A stretch of 64,000 nt of DNA, from contig CAWCMA010000011.1 in assembly GCA_963796565.1 (NCBI GenBank), positions 198,039 to 262,038 of the forward strand, in the 5' to 3' direction. Shown piece by piece: positions 23,631 through 33,721 of the stretch (position 1 is the stretch's first letter; every line of letters begins with the position of its first letter). Made by a program: the position numbers and the translations under genes. The notes below the pieces were generated by a model. The model did no database searches and had not been told where the DNA came from. It saw nothing but the letters and a program-made list of their open reading frames with translations. This stretch comes from an uncultured delta proteobacterium (GTDB taxonomy: Bacteria > Desulfobacterota > Binatia > Binatales > Binataceae).

Positions 23631-24197
23631 ATGAAGACTGTCGAAGAAACGCTCGTTGAACTTCTCGACCGCGAAGAGATTCGCGACCTGCCGGTGCGCT
23701 ACTGCGATTGCGTGTGGCGAGGCGACGTGGCTGGAATTGTCGAACTGTTCGCCGCCGACGGATCGTTCATCGTGAAAACCCCGAATGGTGAAACCGTCCA
23801 CAAGGGACGCGAGGCCCTGCTCAAGACTTATACCGAGGGACTGCGCGACCTGAAGCCGCGTCCTTACATTCACAACCACGTGGTCGAACTGGGCTTCTAT
23901 GGCCGCGCGACCGGGCGCTGCTACCTCGATCTGCGCAGCGAAAAACGCAACATGGAATGGATCGGATCCGGCCACTATCTCGACGAGTACGTGAAGGTGG
24001 GCGACCACTGGAAATTCTCGTCGCGCTACTTCACCGCCCTCCATTTCGATCCCGCTACCGCCGCCACGGCGAGCGCTCCCGCCAAAGCCGCCGCCCGTGC
24101 GAAGCCTGCCCGTAAAGCGGCCGCCAAACCGAAGCCCGCCAAGGCCAAGGCGGTGGTGCGCAAGAAAGCCGCACCGGCCAGGCGCAAGTCCAGGTAA
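23631..24197 (+). CDS. SnoaL/NTF2-like domain protein with an Ala/Lys/Pro-rich basic C-terminal tail
   Basis: DREEIRDL..RYCDCVWRGD...LFAADG...HNHVV...G.Y.D.YVKVGDHWKF; RBS AGGGAGG upstream. Confidence 0.8.
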   Translation: MKTVEETLVELLDREEIRDLPVRYCDCVWRGDVAGIVELFAADGSFIVKTPNGETVHKGREALLKTYTEGLRDLKPRPYIHNHVVELGFYGRATGRCYLDLRSEKRNMEWIGSGHYLDEYVKVGDHWKFSSRYFTALHFDPATAATASAPAKAAARAKPARKAAAKPKPAKAKAVVRKKAAPARRKSR

Positions 24198-24306
24198 GTC
24201 CAGACTGACAAGCTCAGATTGCCGACAAGCCCAGGCGCTGACGAGGCCGCCGTTCACGCACTATGCGCCGGGAGCGAGCGCCGGCGCCGTCGCACCTCGT
24301 TGAGTA

Positions 24307-25287
24307 TCAGGGCGGTTGTGAGATCCCGGCCCGAAGTGACTGCGCGTCGCGCAGACTGTCTTCGGTCTCGCGCAAGAGATCGGCGAACACTTCGGCGGCG
24401 GGCCTGATGCCGTCGATCAGGCCGGCACCCTGGCCGGTCGGCATGAAAGTGCGATCGGGGTCGGCTGTCTGGCCCGCGCGTCCGGAAAAACCCATCACGC
24501 CGTTGCGATACGATATCCGCACCTGTTCCGGAAATGGCTTGATCTTCGCCGGCTCGCGTTCCCACTCGAGCGCGTAGCTGGTGCGAATCACGCGGCACGG
24601 CTTGCCCGTGTAACAGCGCGTGCGCAACGTGGAATCGTCGCGCGCGTGAACGATCGCGTCGCGATAGACCGAGGCCGCCTGCGCCTCGGGAGTCGCGATG
24701 AAGCGGGTACCGATGACCACGCCCTTCGCGCCGAGCGTCAGTGCGGCCGCGACCTGGCTGCCATGCGCGATACCGCCGGCCGCGAGCACCGGCAGCTTGA
24801 CCGCGCGAATCATCTGCGGCACCAGCGACATCATTCCGATCTCGCCGGTGTGGCCGCCGGCTTCGGAGCCCTGCGCAACGACCACGTCGGCGCCGGCCTG
24901 CTCGGCCTTCTCGCCGTGATGCACTTTGCCGCACATGACGACCACTTTCATGCCGTGCTCGTGCATGGTCCGGATGAACTCGGCGGGGACGGCCAGGCCG
25001 GCGACGAAAATTTTCACCTGCTCCTCGATCAGGACCGGCATGTGGGGCCGGATCATGTCGGGAATTGGCGCCAGCAGGTCGACCGCGAACGGCTTGTCGG
25101 TAAGCTCGCGCGTATGGCGTATTTCCTCGCGCAACTCAGCGGGCGAGCATCCAGCCGCGCCGATAACGCCGAGGCCGCCAGCGTTGGAGACCGCGGCGAC
25201 CAGCCGATGCATCGCCACGCCGCCCATCCCGGCTAGCAGAATTGGGTATTCGATACCGAAATAATCGCAGATCGAAGTGTGTAGCAC
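24307..25287 (-). CDS. Nitronate monooxygenase / FabK-like FMN oxidoreductase
   Basis: YPILLAGMGGV, VSNAGGLGVI, VAQGSEAGGHTG, AAGGIAHG, GVVIGTRF. Confidence 0.88.
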   Translation of the reverse strand: MLHTSICDYFGIEYPILLAGMGGVAMHRLVAAVSNAGGLGVIGAAGCSPAELREEIRHTRELTDKPFAVDLLAPIPDMIRPHMPVLIEEQVKIFVAGLAVPAEFIRTMHEHGMKVVVMCGKVHHGEKAEQAGADVVVAQGSEAGGHTGEIGMMSLVPQMIRAVKLPVLAAGGIAHGSQVAAALTLGAKGVVIGTRFIATPEAQAASVYRDAIVHARDDSTLRTRCYTGKPCRVIRTSYALEWEREPAKIKPFPEQVRISYRNGVMGFSGRAGQTADPDRTFMPTGQGAGLIDGIRPAAEVFADLLRETEDSLRDAQSLRAGISQPP

Positions 25288-25308
25288 GGCGTCAGTCCTC
25301 TATTGCCG

Positions 25309-26391
25309 CTATTTCAGCAGCGGGAAAACCATTTCCGCGAAATCCCGGTAGACCTTGCGCTCGCGATCCATCGGAGGCCACAGCACGGTCTCACGCATGC
25401 CCGCTTTTTCGCTGGCGCGGATTTGCTCCGCGATCTCTTCGGGCCGACCCACCAGGCAGCCTGCGCTTATTGCCTCGGGCGTCACGAAGCGCCGCTCCTC
25501 GGGCTGCATGTAGACCAGGTGCCCCTCGTGGATCTGCCGGAAGCGCGCATTCTCGGGCAGGCTGAAATTTCTGACCCGCTTCAGGTAGTCCTCCCAGACA
25601 TTGGCGAAGTGCGGCGGTATCAGTTCGTCCTTTTCGCCGAGGTCCTTCCAGATTTCGTAGAAGAAATGCAGCTCGCACATCACCCATGATCCGGTTTCGT
25701 CGATCACGCGGTCATCGGTAAGCTTTTCGCCCGGGCGCAGCACGCATCCGGTCGTGATAAAGGCGGTATGGAAGTCCGGCGGCAGTTTGCGTCCTGCCTG
25801 CGCCGCTCCCTGGTTGATCTTGTCGAGCTTATGACTGGTCACCTGCGGCTGGCCGCCAACGGTGATCCATCCGTCGGCGTACACACCCGTGGCTTCGAGT
25901 GCCTTGGGTCCGTTGGCCGCGGCGTAGATCGGAATCCGCTGCTCCAGGTTGATGAAGTGGCGGTCGAGATGGAGGAACTTTATTTCGCGAGTTTTGCCCC
26001 GATACTCGTAATCCACGGCTTTGCCGTCGAGCAGGGCGCGGACCACGCGCAGGTATTCGCGAAACTCGCTGGTCCGCATCGGATCCTGCCCCATAACACG
26101 CATCGCGGTGTGGCCGGTGCCGATTCCGAGAAACACCCGCCCGGGTGCGATCTGATTGATGCTCGCGATGGAATGCGCGGTCACCGGGGCCAGGCGCGTA
26201 CCGGTGATTGCGACGCCGGTGCCGATTTTTATCCGCCTGGTGTTCGCCGCCGCCAGCGCCATCGTCGCGTAGCAGTCCGACCAAATCATCTGCGAATCGC
26301 CTACCCAGGCGCGGTCAAAGCCGAGTTCTTCGACATAGCGAATCACGTCCCAGTTTCCGATATGAGTGCTTACGCCGATTCCAAATTCCAT
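25309..26391 (-). CDS. LLM-class flavin (possibly F420)-dependent oxidoreductase
   Basis: WVGDSQMIWSDCY, TRRIKIGTGV, APGRVFLGIGTG, AANGPKAL; ATG 26391. Confidence 0.88.
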   Translation of the reverse strand: MEFGIGVSTHIGNWDVIRYVEELGFDRAWVGDSQMIWSDCYATMALAAANTRRIKIGTGVAITGTRLAPVTAHSIASINQIAPGRVFLGIGTGHTAMRVMGQDPMRTSEFREYLRVVRALLDGKAVDYEYRGKTREIKFLHLDRHFINLEQRIPIYAAANGPKALEATGVYADGWITVGGQPQVTSHKLDKINQGAAQAGRKLPPDFHTAFITTGCVLRPGEKLTDDRVIDETGSWVMCELHFFYEIWKDLGEKDELIPPHFANVWEDYLKRVRNFSLPENARFRQIHEGHLVYMQPEERRFVTPEAISAGCLVGRPEEIAEQIRASEKAGMRETVLWPPMDRERKVYRDFAEMVFPLLK

Positions 26392-26629
26392 CGCGACCTC
26401 CGATTTGTGCGGCCCCAGTGCGCCGCGTCCAGAACTAACACACGAGTAACAAAAGAGGGACTCGCTCGTCGAACATGGCGTGGTGCCCAACCCTTGAGAA
26501 AGACGACGGCCTGAGGCAGTCTCGCAATCAGTAGTGCGAGCGGCGTATTGGAGATGGGCGGAAGGCGCGGAGTGACGCGACTCGCCCCGGAACGCGCCGC
26601 CAGCCAACCATTTCCATGGAGGAGTAATC

Positions 26630-27922
26630 ATGAGCTGGGATTTTGAAACTGAACCGGAGTTCCAAAAGGAACTCGACTGGATCGATAAATTCGTGCGCGA
26701 GGAAGTCGAGCCGCTCGACTACGTGTTGCAGTCGCCTTACGAGGTCCGCGACCCCAAGCGCAACAAACTGGTGCGCCCGTTGCAAGCCGAGGTCCGCAAG
26801 CGCAAGTTGTGGGCCTGCCATCTCGAGCCCGAGCTCGGCGGCCAGGGCTACGGCCAGGTCAAGCTCGCACTGATGAACGAGATCCTCGGCCGGTCGCGCT
26901 TCGCGCCCACCGTCTTCGGCTGCCAGGCGCCGGATTCGGGCAACGGGGAGATTCTCGCCAAGTACGGCACGCCCGAGCAGAAAAAGCGCTACCTCGAACC
27001 GCTGCTCGCCAACGATATCGTCTCGTGCTTCTCGATGACCGAGCCGCAGGGCGGCGCCGACCCCAAGGTCTTCACCACGCACGCCGAACTGCATGGCGAC
27101 AACTGGGTGATCAACGGCGAGAAATGGTTCTCCTCCAACGCGCATTACTCCTCGTTTCTGATCGCGATGGTGGTTACAGACCCGGACGCGCCGCCGTACA
27201 AGCGGCTCTCGACCTTCATCGTGCCAACCGACGCTCCAGGCGTGAACATCGTGCGTCGGGTTGGCGTCGGCCAGGAGGCTGACGGCGACCACGCCTACGT
27301 GCGCTATCAGGACGTCCAGGTGCCGAAGGACCATCTGCTGGGACCGCGTGGCGGCGGCTTCGTGGTTGCGCAGACGCGCCTGGGCGGGGGGCGGATTCAC
27401 CACGCGATGCGCACCATCGGACAGGTCCGCAAGTCGTTCGACCAGATGTGCGAGCGGGCGCTCTCACGCACGACCCAGGGCTCGCTGCTGGCCGACAAGC
27501 AGATGGTGCAGGAGAAGATCGCGGACTCCTGGATCGACATCGAGCAGTTCCGCCTGCTGGTGCTGCGCACCGCGTGGCGCATCGACAAGTACAAGGACTA
27601 TCTCAAGGTGCGCAAGGACATCGCCGCCGTGAAGGCCGCGATGCCCAAGGTGTTCCACGACGTGGTGGTGCGCGCGCTCCAGGTTCACGGCTCGCTCGGA
27701 GTGACGCCGGAGATGCCGTTCGCCGAGCAGGTGATGGAGAGTTTCGTGATGGGCCTGGCGGACGGGCCGACCGAGGTCCACAAGATAACGCTCGCGCGCC
27801 AGGTGCTGCGCGATTACAAGGGCACCACCGGCCTCTTTCCAACCAGCCATATTCCGGCGCTGCGCGAAGCCGCGATTCGTAAGTTCGCCGACCGCATCGA
27901 ACTCGAGGTGGCCGCGCAATGA
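26630..27922 (+). CDS. Acyl-CoA dehydrogenase
   Basis: APDSGNGEIL, CFSMTEPQGGADP, INGEKWFSS, LGGGRIHHAMR, LADGPTEVH. Confidence 0.92.
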   Translation: MSWDFETEPEFQKELDWIDKFVREEVEPLDYVLQSPYEVRDPKRNKLVRPLQAEVRKRKLWACHLEPELGGQGYGQVKLALMNEILGRSRFAPTVFGCQAPDSGNGEILAKYGTPEQKKRYLEPLLANDIVSCFSMTEPQGGADPKVFTTHAELHGDNWVINGEKWFSSNAHYSSFLIAMVVTDPDAPPYKRLSTFIVPTDAPGVNIVRRVGVGQEADGDHAYVRYQDVQVPKDHLLGPRGGGFVVAQTRLGGGRIHHAMRTIGQVRKSFDQMCERALSRTTQGSLLADKQMVQEKIADSWIDIEQFRLLVLRTAWRIDKYKDYLKVRKDIAAVKAAMPKVFHDVVVRALQVHGSLGVTPEMPFAEQVMESFVMGLADGPTEVHKITLARQVLRDYKGTTGLFPTSHIPALREAAIRKFADRIELEVAAQ

Positions 27923-28710
27923 CGACCGCTCCCGTGCAATACGATTTCAGTGGCAAGGTGGTCGTGATAACCGGCGGCAGCCGCGGTATCGGCCACGCGA
28001 TGGCACTCGGGTTCGCGGCGGCCGGTGCCAAGCTCGCGATCGCGAGCCGCAAGCGCGATACCTGCGAGGAGACCGTCAAGGAAATCCGCGCGCTCGGCTC
28101 TGACGGCTCGGCCCACGCCGCTCACGTCGGCAAATGGGAGGATTGCAACCGGCTCGCCGATGAGGTTTACGCGCGCTGGGGGCGCGCCGACGTGCTGATC
28201 AACAATGCCGGCATTTCGCCGCTCGCGCCGTCGTCGGTGGAGACCAGCGAGGAGCTGTTCGACAAGATCATCGGCGTGAATCTAAAAGGGGCGTTTCGGC
28301 TCTCGGCGCTCTTCGGCTCGCGGATGGCGGCGGGCGAGGGCGGCGCGATCATCAACATATCCTCGACCGCGGCGATTCGTCCGGACCCGGAAACCGCGCC
28401 CTACGCCGCCGCTAAGGCCGGCCTGAATATCCTGACCGTGGCCTTCGCCAAGGAGTACGGCCCCAAGGTGCGCGTGAACTGCATCATGTGCGGCCCGTTT
28501 CATACCGACATCAGCAAGGGATGGTCGCGCACGGAGGATTTTGCAAAGCGCGCGAAGCAGACTTTTCCCTTGCAACGCGCCGGCGAGGCCGAGGAGGTCG
28601 TGGGCGCAGCGCTCTACTTCGCGAGCCCGGCCGCCAGCTACACCACCGGCGCGGTACTGACGATCGACGGCGGCTCGGCGCATCTGATCGTGCGCACCAC
28701 GTACGAGTGA
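27919..28710 (+). CDS. Short-chain dehydrogenase/reductase
   Basis: TGGSRGIG, NNAG, YAAAK; ATGA overlap with the ACAD gene. Confidence 0.92.
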   Translation: MTTAPVQYDFSGKVVVITGGSRGIGHAMALGFAAAGAKLAIASRKRDTCEETVKEIRALGSDGSAHAAHVGKWEDCNRLADEVYARWGRADVLINNAGISPLAPSSVETSEELFDKIIGVNLKGAFRLSALFGSRMAAGEGGAIINISSTAAIRPDPETAPYAAAKAGLNILTVAFAKEYGPKVRVNCIMCGPFHTDISKGWSRTEDFAKRAKQTFPLQRAGEAEEVVGAALYFASPAASYTTGAVLTIDGGSAHLIVRTTYE

Positions 28711-28750
28711 GCCTTAGCGGGTCGAGCGACCGCTCCTTCGATTCGAAAAT

Positions 28751-28784
28751 AGGGCGCCGGGCGGCGCGAGCCGTCCGGCGCCCT
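28751..28784. terminator. 15-bp GC-rich hairpin with a GCGA tetraloop between convergent genes
   Basis: AGGGCGCCGGGCGGC-GCGA-GCCGTCCGGCGCCCT; followed by ATTTT on the minus strand. Confidence 0.7.
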
Positions 28785-28803
28785 TGCGATCGCGCACAGC
28801 CGT

Positions 28804-29871
28804 TCAGTATTTCGCGATTACCTCGCGGCTGAATTCTTCGATCATCTCGCGCCCCTGCGGATAGACCACCTGGATCGCGACTTGCCGAAGCCCCGCCGCC
28901 TCCATCGCTTTGAGGCGCGCGATTATCTCCTCGGCCGTCCCGGTCAGCGTGCTGGCGCGGACTATCGGGTCGTCGAGGTATTTTTCCTCGCCCGGCTTGA
29001 GATAGATGAGATGGCCCTCGTGGACTTCGAGGTAGCGGCGATCCGCGGGCGTTTTCATTTTGGCGACATATTCGTCGCGATAGCGCTCCCATTGCTTTTG
29101 AAACGGCGAGGACGCCGACGCTGTGATCGCTGAGGCCTCCCACATCGCGTGCAGCAGCACCACGGCGAACGGGCCAACCCGCTGAATCGCGCGCGCCGAG
29201 GCCGCCGACTCGCCCGGCTTGAGCACGCAGGACGAGGTCAGCAGCATCGCGGGAAAATTGTTAAGCTTGCGCCCGGCGCGTGCCGCGCCCGCCTCGATAT
29301 GCTTGAAGTCGGCGCGGATGTGGTCGGGATCGGAGAGCGCGGTGATCCATCCGTCGCCAAGCTCGCCCGTGAGCTCGAGCGCCTTGGGGCCGTTGGCCGC
29401 AACGTGAATTGGAATCGGATCCTTCAGGTTGATATAGCCGTGGTTGGGATGGAGAAAGCGGATCGCGCGCTCGCGTTTGCCCTCGCGGTACATCACTTCC
29501 TCGCCGCGCAGCAACTTGCGGCACATCTCGATGTACTCGCGCATGCGCTCGAGCTTGACCGGCGGCAAGCCCATCGTATTGCGCCCGGTAAAGCCGGTGC
29601 CGATCCCCAGCATCGCGCGGCCCGGTGCGAGCAGGTTGATGGTCGCGATCGAGTGCGCGGTGACTGGCTCGATGCGGTTGGAGGGAATCGCGACGCCGGT
29701 GCCGAGCTTGATTCGCTTGGTATGTTCGGCCGCGAGCGCCAGGCATACGTAGACGTCGCTGTAGATCATCTGCGAATCGTAGAACCAGGCGTGAGTGAAG
29801 CCGTGGTCCTCGGCGATTACCAGATCTTTCCAGGCATCCGGACGGGCCGGGTATGCGATTGCGAATTCCAT
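28804..29871 (-). CDS. LLM-class flavin (possibly F420)-dependent oxidoreductase, paralog of 25309..26391
   Basis: WFYDSQMIYSDVY, TKRIKLGTGV, APGRAMLGIGTG, AANGPKAL; ATG 29871. Confidence 0.88.
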   Translation of the reverse strand: MEFAIAYPARPDAWKDLVIAEDHGFTHAWFYDSQMIYSDVYVCLALAAEHTKRIKLGTGVAIPSNRIEPVTAHSIATINLLAPGRAMLGIGTGFTGRNTMGLPPVKLERMREYIEMCRKLLRGEEVMYREGKRERAIRFLHPNHGYINLKDPIPIHVAANGPKALELTGELGDGWITALSDPDHIRADFKHIEAGAARAGRKLNNFPAMLLTSSCVLKPGESAASARAIQRVGPFAVVLLHAMWEASAITASASSPFQKQWERYRDEYVAKMKTPADRRYLEVHEGHLIYLKPGEEKYLDDPIVRASTLTGTAEEIIARLKAMEAAGLRQVAIQVVYPQGREMIEEFSREVIAKY

Positions 29872-30019
29872 CGCTCTGCTCTCCTTGCGGCCGCGATCGT
29901 GAGCGCCGCGCGCGCGAAAGTTTGCCCGATACCAGCGCGCCAGCCCTCCATTTGTCAAGCGAATTCCAGCGCGAGATCCCTGCTAGACCCGTGACGCCGG
30001 CAAGAGAATGCGGGGGCTG

Positions 30020-31219
30020 ATGGCCTCAACGACGCAAGCGTTCGACGTCGTGGTGCTGGGCGCCGGAGCGGCCGGGATGATGTGCGCGATAAGCGCGGCG
30101 CGGCGCGGCCGGCGCGTGCTGCTGCTCGAGCATGGCACGCAGGCGGGCGCCAAAATTCTGATCTCCGGCGGCGGACGCTGCAATTTCACCAACCTCGAGG
30201 TCGCGCCCGAGCGCTTTCTTTCCGCCAACCCACACTTCTGCAAATCCGCGCTCAGCCGCTATACCGAGCGCGACTTCATCGCGATGATCGAGCGGCATCG
30301 CATCCGCTACCACGAGAAAACCCTGGGCCAGCTTTTCTGCGACGGCTCGGCGCGCGAGATTCTGGCGATGCTACTCGCGGAATGTGCGGCGGCCGCGGTC
30401 GATCTGCGCGTCGGCCATCACATTGCGGCCGTCACCCACGCCGACCGCTTCCGCATCGAGACCAATCGCGGCAGCTTTACCGCGCCGACGCTGGCGATCG
30501 CTACGGGCGGGCTCTCGATTCCGAAGATGGGGGCGAGCGGCTTCGCCTACGATCTCGCGCGCCGCTTCGGTCTTGGAGTAATCGATCCGCGACCCGGCTT
30601 GGTGGGGCTCAAATTCACGGGCGACATGCTCGCGCTTTGCCGGTCGCTAAGCGGCGTATCGGTGGAGGCGATCGTCTCGTGCGGCCGACAAAGTTTCCGC
30701 GAGAACATTTTGTTCACTCATCGCGGCCTCTCGGGCCCCGCGATTCTTCAAATCTCGTCCTACTGGCGCGAAGGCGACACGCTTTCGATCAACCTTACGC
30801 CCAAGCTCGAAGTCGAAAACTTTCTGCGCGAGCGCAAGCGCAGCCGTCCCAGGGCGGAGCTAAAGAACGTGTTGGCCGAAATTCTGCCGGCGCGCCTCGC
30901 GCACGCGATGGCGGAGACCGTGACAGTTGACGAGACGATGGCGAATGTGCCGGACCGCAGCCTGGCTGCGATCGCCGCGCGGCTCAAGCGATGGCAAGTC
31001 ACGCCGGCGGAGTCGGAGGGATGGTCGAAGGCCGAGGTGACGGTGGGCGGCATCGATACCGCGGCGCTGTCCTCCAGGACCATGGAGGCGCGCGAGGTGC
31101 CTGGCCTCTATGTCATCGGCGAGGCGGTGGACGTCACGGGATGGCTCGGCGGATACAATTTCCAGTGGGCGTGGTCGAGCGGGTGGTGTGCGGGGCAGGC
31201 GATGGGAGAGAGGAAGTGA
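30020..31219 (+). CDS. HI0933/YhiN (BaiN-like) flavoprotein
   Basis: GAGAAG, KILISGGGRCNFTN, ATGGLSIPKMG, LFTHRGLSGP, VTGWLGGYNFQWAWSSG; start at 30008 or 30020. Confidence 0.92.
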   Translation: MASTTQAFDVVVLGAGAAGMMCAISAARRGRRVLLLEHGTQAGAKILISGGGRCNFTNLEVAPERFLSANPHFCKSALSRYTERDFIAMIERHRIRYHEKTLGQLFCDGSAREILAMLLAECAAAAVDLRVGHHIAAVTHADRFRIETNRGSFTAPTLAIATGGLSIPKMGASGFAYDLARRFGLGVIDPRPGLVGLKFTGDMLALCRSLSGVSVEAIVSCGRQSFRENILFTHRGLSGPAILQISSYWREGDTLSINLTPKLEVENFLRERKRSRPRAELKNVLAEILPARLAHAMAETVTVDETMANVPDRSLAAIAARLKRWQVTPAESEGWSKAEVTVGGIDTAALSSRTMEAREVPGLYVIGEAVDVTGWLGGYNFQWAWSSGWCAGQAMGERK

Positions 31220-31284
31220 TGAAAATTCTTCTCTCACAAGGACCGTCGTCCCCCGATATTTTCTAGAGATATGCTTTCCTTGCC

Positions 31285-32358
31285 TCAGCAGATTCGCGGC
31301 AGTTGGTCGCCGGCAAGGATATCGAGCAGGCGGGTCGGGCCAAACGCGGTTCGCAGGGCTACCCGCGGTTCGCCGCGGCGGGTGACCCTGCCGATACGAC
31401 ATGCGCTTGCTCCAAGCGGATGTAGCCGCATCGCCGCGAGTATTCGATCAGCGTGCGCTTCATCGACGATAGCGACGAGTCTGCCCTCGCAGGCCACGTA
31501 TAGTGGGTCGAGACCGAGTATCTCGCACGCGGCGCGGACCGCACCGCGCACCGGCACCGCCGACTCATCGATTACTATTTCGACCGCGGAGCTTTTTGCC
31601 AGTTCATTGATGATGGTTGCCACGCCACCGCGAGTCGCGTCGCGCATGCATCGGATGCCGCCGCCGCTGTCGAGCATTCGCGACACGAGTCCGTGAAGTG
31701 GCGCGCAGTCGCTGACCAGCGTCGTTTCGAATTCGAGTCCTTCGCGCGCCGACATCACGGCGATTCCGTGATCTCCCACGGGACCGCTCACCAACACCGC
31801 GTCGCCCGGCCGTGCCCGTTCGGGCCCTAGTTCCAAATTGCCTGGAATGACGCCGATTCCACTGGTCGTGATGAATAGTCCATCGGCTTTGCCGCGCTCG
31901 ACTACTTTGGTATCCGCCGCAATGACGGAAACTCCCGCCGCGCGCGATGCCTCCCGCATCGACTGCATAATCTGGCGCAGTTCCTCGATCGGGAGTCCCT
32001 CTTCGAGGATAAACGCCGCGGAGAGGCCGAGCGGTTGCGCTCCCGCGACCGCCAGATCGTTGATCGTGCCGTTGACCGCTAGTGAGCCGATGTCACCACC
32101 CGGGAATCTGAGCGGGCTTACCACGAATGAGTCGGTGGTGAAGACCAGCCGGCTCCCGCCGACGCTTACTTCCGCGCTGTCGTTGAGACGGTCGAGAATC
32201 GGATTCGACAACGCCGGAAGAAATACCGTGCGCACCAACTCGGCGGTCAGCCGACCGCCGCTTCCATGCCCGAGAACTATGAGGTCGTCCTTGCGCGACG
32301 GTAGTGGGCATTGCGGCACATCGGGAATGGCCGAAACTGCGCGATCGCGAACAGTCAT
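31285..32358 (-). CDS. hypE: Hydrogenase maturation protein HypE
   Basis: [38 protein letters not shown]-terminal PRIC; ATGA overlap with hypD. Confidence 0.95.
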   Translation of the reverse strand: MTVRDRAVSAIPDVPQCPLPSRKDDLIVLGHGSGGRLTAELVRTVFLPALSNPILDRLNDSAEVSVGGSRLVFTTDSFVVSPLRFPGGDIGSLAVNGTINDLAVAGAQPLGLSAAFILEEGLPIEELRQIMQSMREASRAAGVSVIAADTKVVERGKADGLFITTSGIGVIPGNLELGPERARPGDAVLVSGPVGDHGIAVMSAREGLEFETTLVSDCAPLHGLVSRMLDSGGGIRCMRDATRGGVATIINELAKSSAVEIVIDESAVPVRGAVRAACEILGLDPLYVACEGRLVAIVDEAHADRILAAMRLHPLGASACRIGRVTRRGEPRVALRTAFGPTRLLDILAGDQLPRIC

Positions 32359-33464
32359 TTTGCCTCCGTTGCGGCCGTCGAAACTCTGCCGGCGTGAAAA
32401 TATGCCGCGCATGCGCCTTCCGCGGAGACCATCGGAGCGCCGAGCGGATGCTCGGGGGTGCATACTCCGCCGAAAGCGGGGCATCGCGGAGGTTTCAACA
32501 AGCCGCGCAACACTTCGCCCGCGCGGCATTCGACGGGTTCAATCGCCGCTTCGTGGAACAGATCGAACCTGCGTATAGCATCGTAGGCGGCGTAGCGATC
32601 GGTCAGCGCGAGCGCGCTTTTCGGCAGCACGTCAAGTCCGCGCCATCGCCGGTCAACGATAGTGAAGATCTCCGCCATCAGCGACCGTGCGGAGAGGTTG
32701 CCCTCGGTGCGCACTGAGCGCACGTACTGGTTTTCGAGTTCAGCCCGGCCGGCCTCGAGTTGCGCCGCGCACATCGCAACACCCTGCAACAGGTCGAGCG
32801 GCTCGAAGCCGGTTACCACGATCGGCACCTTGAATTTCTCGACGAGCGGCCGATACTCCTCGATGCCCATCACCGCGCAGACGTGGCCGGCGGCCAAAAA
32901 GCCCTGGACGCGGTTGTTTTCCGATGACAAGATCGCCTCGATCGCGGGCGGGACGCGAACATGCGCGGCTATCACGGAGAAGTTGGGAAGCTTCAACCGT
33001 GAAGCGTGGAAGACCGCCATCGCGGTGGTCGGCGCGGTGGTTTCGAAGCCTACGGCGAAGAACACTACCTCGCGGGCAGGCTCACGCCGCGCCAGTTCCA
33101 GCGCGTCGAGGGGTGAGTAGACCACTCGGACGTCGGCGCCGGCGGCGCGCGCGTCGAAGAGATCGCACGAGGAGCCGGGCACCCGCAGCATGTCGCCGAA
33201 GGAGCAGAGCGTAATCTCGGGGCGCCTGGAAAGATCGATCGCGAGGTCGATCATTTCGATCGGCGTGACGCACACGGGGCATCCGGGGCCATGAACGAGA
33301 GTGATCTCGCGCGGCAGCAACTGGTCGAGTCCGTAGCGCAGGATTGTATGGGTTTGGCCGCCGCACACCTCCATGATCATCCACGGTCTGGTGACCGTTG
33401 CGCGGACGCGATCAAGAAGAGCACGGGCTGCGCCGGCGTCGCGAAATTCGTCGACGAATTTCAT
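32355..33464 (-). CDS. hypD: Hydrogenase maturation protein HypD
   Basis: [24 protein letters not shown]-terminal C..F...CTP..P.G..MVS.EGAC. Confidence 0.96.
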   Translation of the reverse strand: MKFVDEFRDAGAARALLDRVRATVTRPWMIMEVCGGQTHTILRYGLDQLLPREITLVHGPGCPVCVTPIEMIDLAIDLSRRPEITLCSFGDMLRVPGSSCDLFDARAAGADVRVVYSPLDALELARREPAREVVFFAVGFETTAPTTAMAVFHASRLKLPNFSVIAAHVRVPPAIEAILSSENNRVQGFLAAGHVCAVMGIEEYRPLVEKFKVPIVVTGFEPLDLLQGVAMCAAQLEAGRAELENQYVRSVRTEGNLSARSLMAEIFTIVDRRWRGLDVLPKSALALTDRYAAYDAIRRFDLFHEAAIEPVECRAGEVLRGLLKPPRCPAFGGVCTPEHPLGAPMVSAEGACAAYFHAGRVSTAATEAK

Positions 33465-33721
33465 GGCTCATCTTCCTGATTGTCCCGCTGTATTTCGGGA
33501 ACCTCGATCTGTCGCATCAGTTCGAGCGTGCGCGCGGCCGCTTCCCGGTCCAGTGTGCCGATCGCGAAGCCCGCGTGAACGATTGCGTAGTCGCCTTCGA
33601 CGGCTTCCGGCACGTAGGCCAGGCAGACCCGGCGAGTGACGCCGCCGAAATCGACGTCTCCCATGCGCAGACCCTGTTGATCGACAATGCGAACTATTCG
33701 CCCAGGGACCGCAAGGCACAT
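33461..33721 (-). CDS. hypC: Hydrogenase chaperone HypC
   Basis: MCLAVPG...VHAGFAI. Confidence 0.96.
   Translation of the reverse strand: MCLAVPGRIVRIVDQQGLRMGDVDFGGVTRRVCLAYVPEAVEGDYAIVHAGFAIGTLDREAAARTLELMRQIEVPEIQRDNQEDEP

Noticed and set aside
24198-24250. Three degenerate ~16-nt units (cag..gacaagc) after the SnoaL gene
   Set aside because: Too short and divergent; no spacers, so not CRISPR or a credible repeat family
29953-29958. Perfect TTGACA on the minus strand upstream of the LLM gene
   Set aside because: No acceptable -10 box at 16-18 nt spacing
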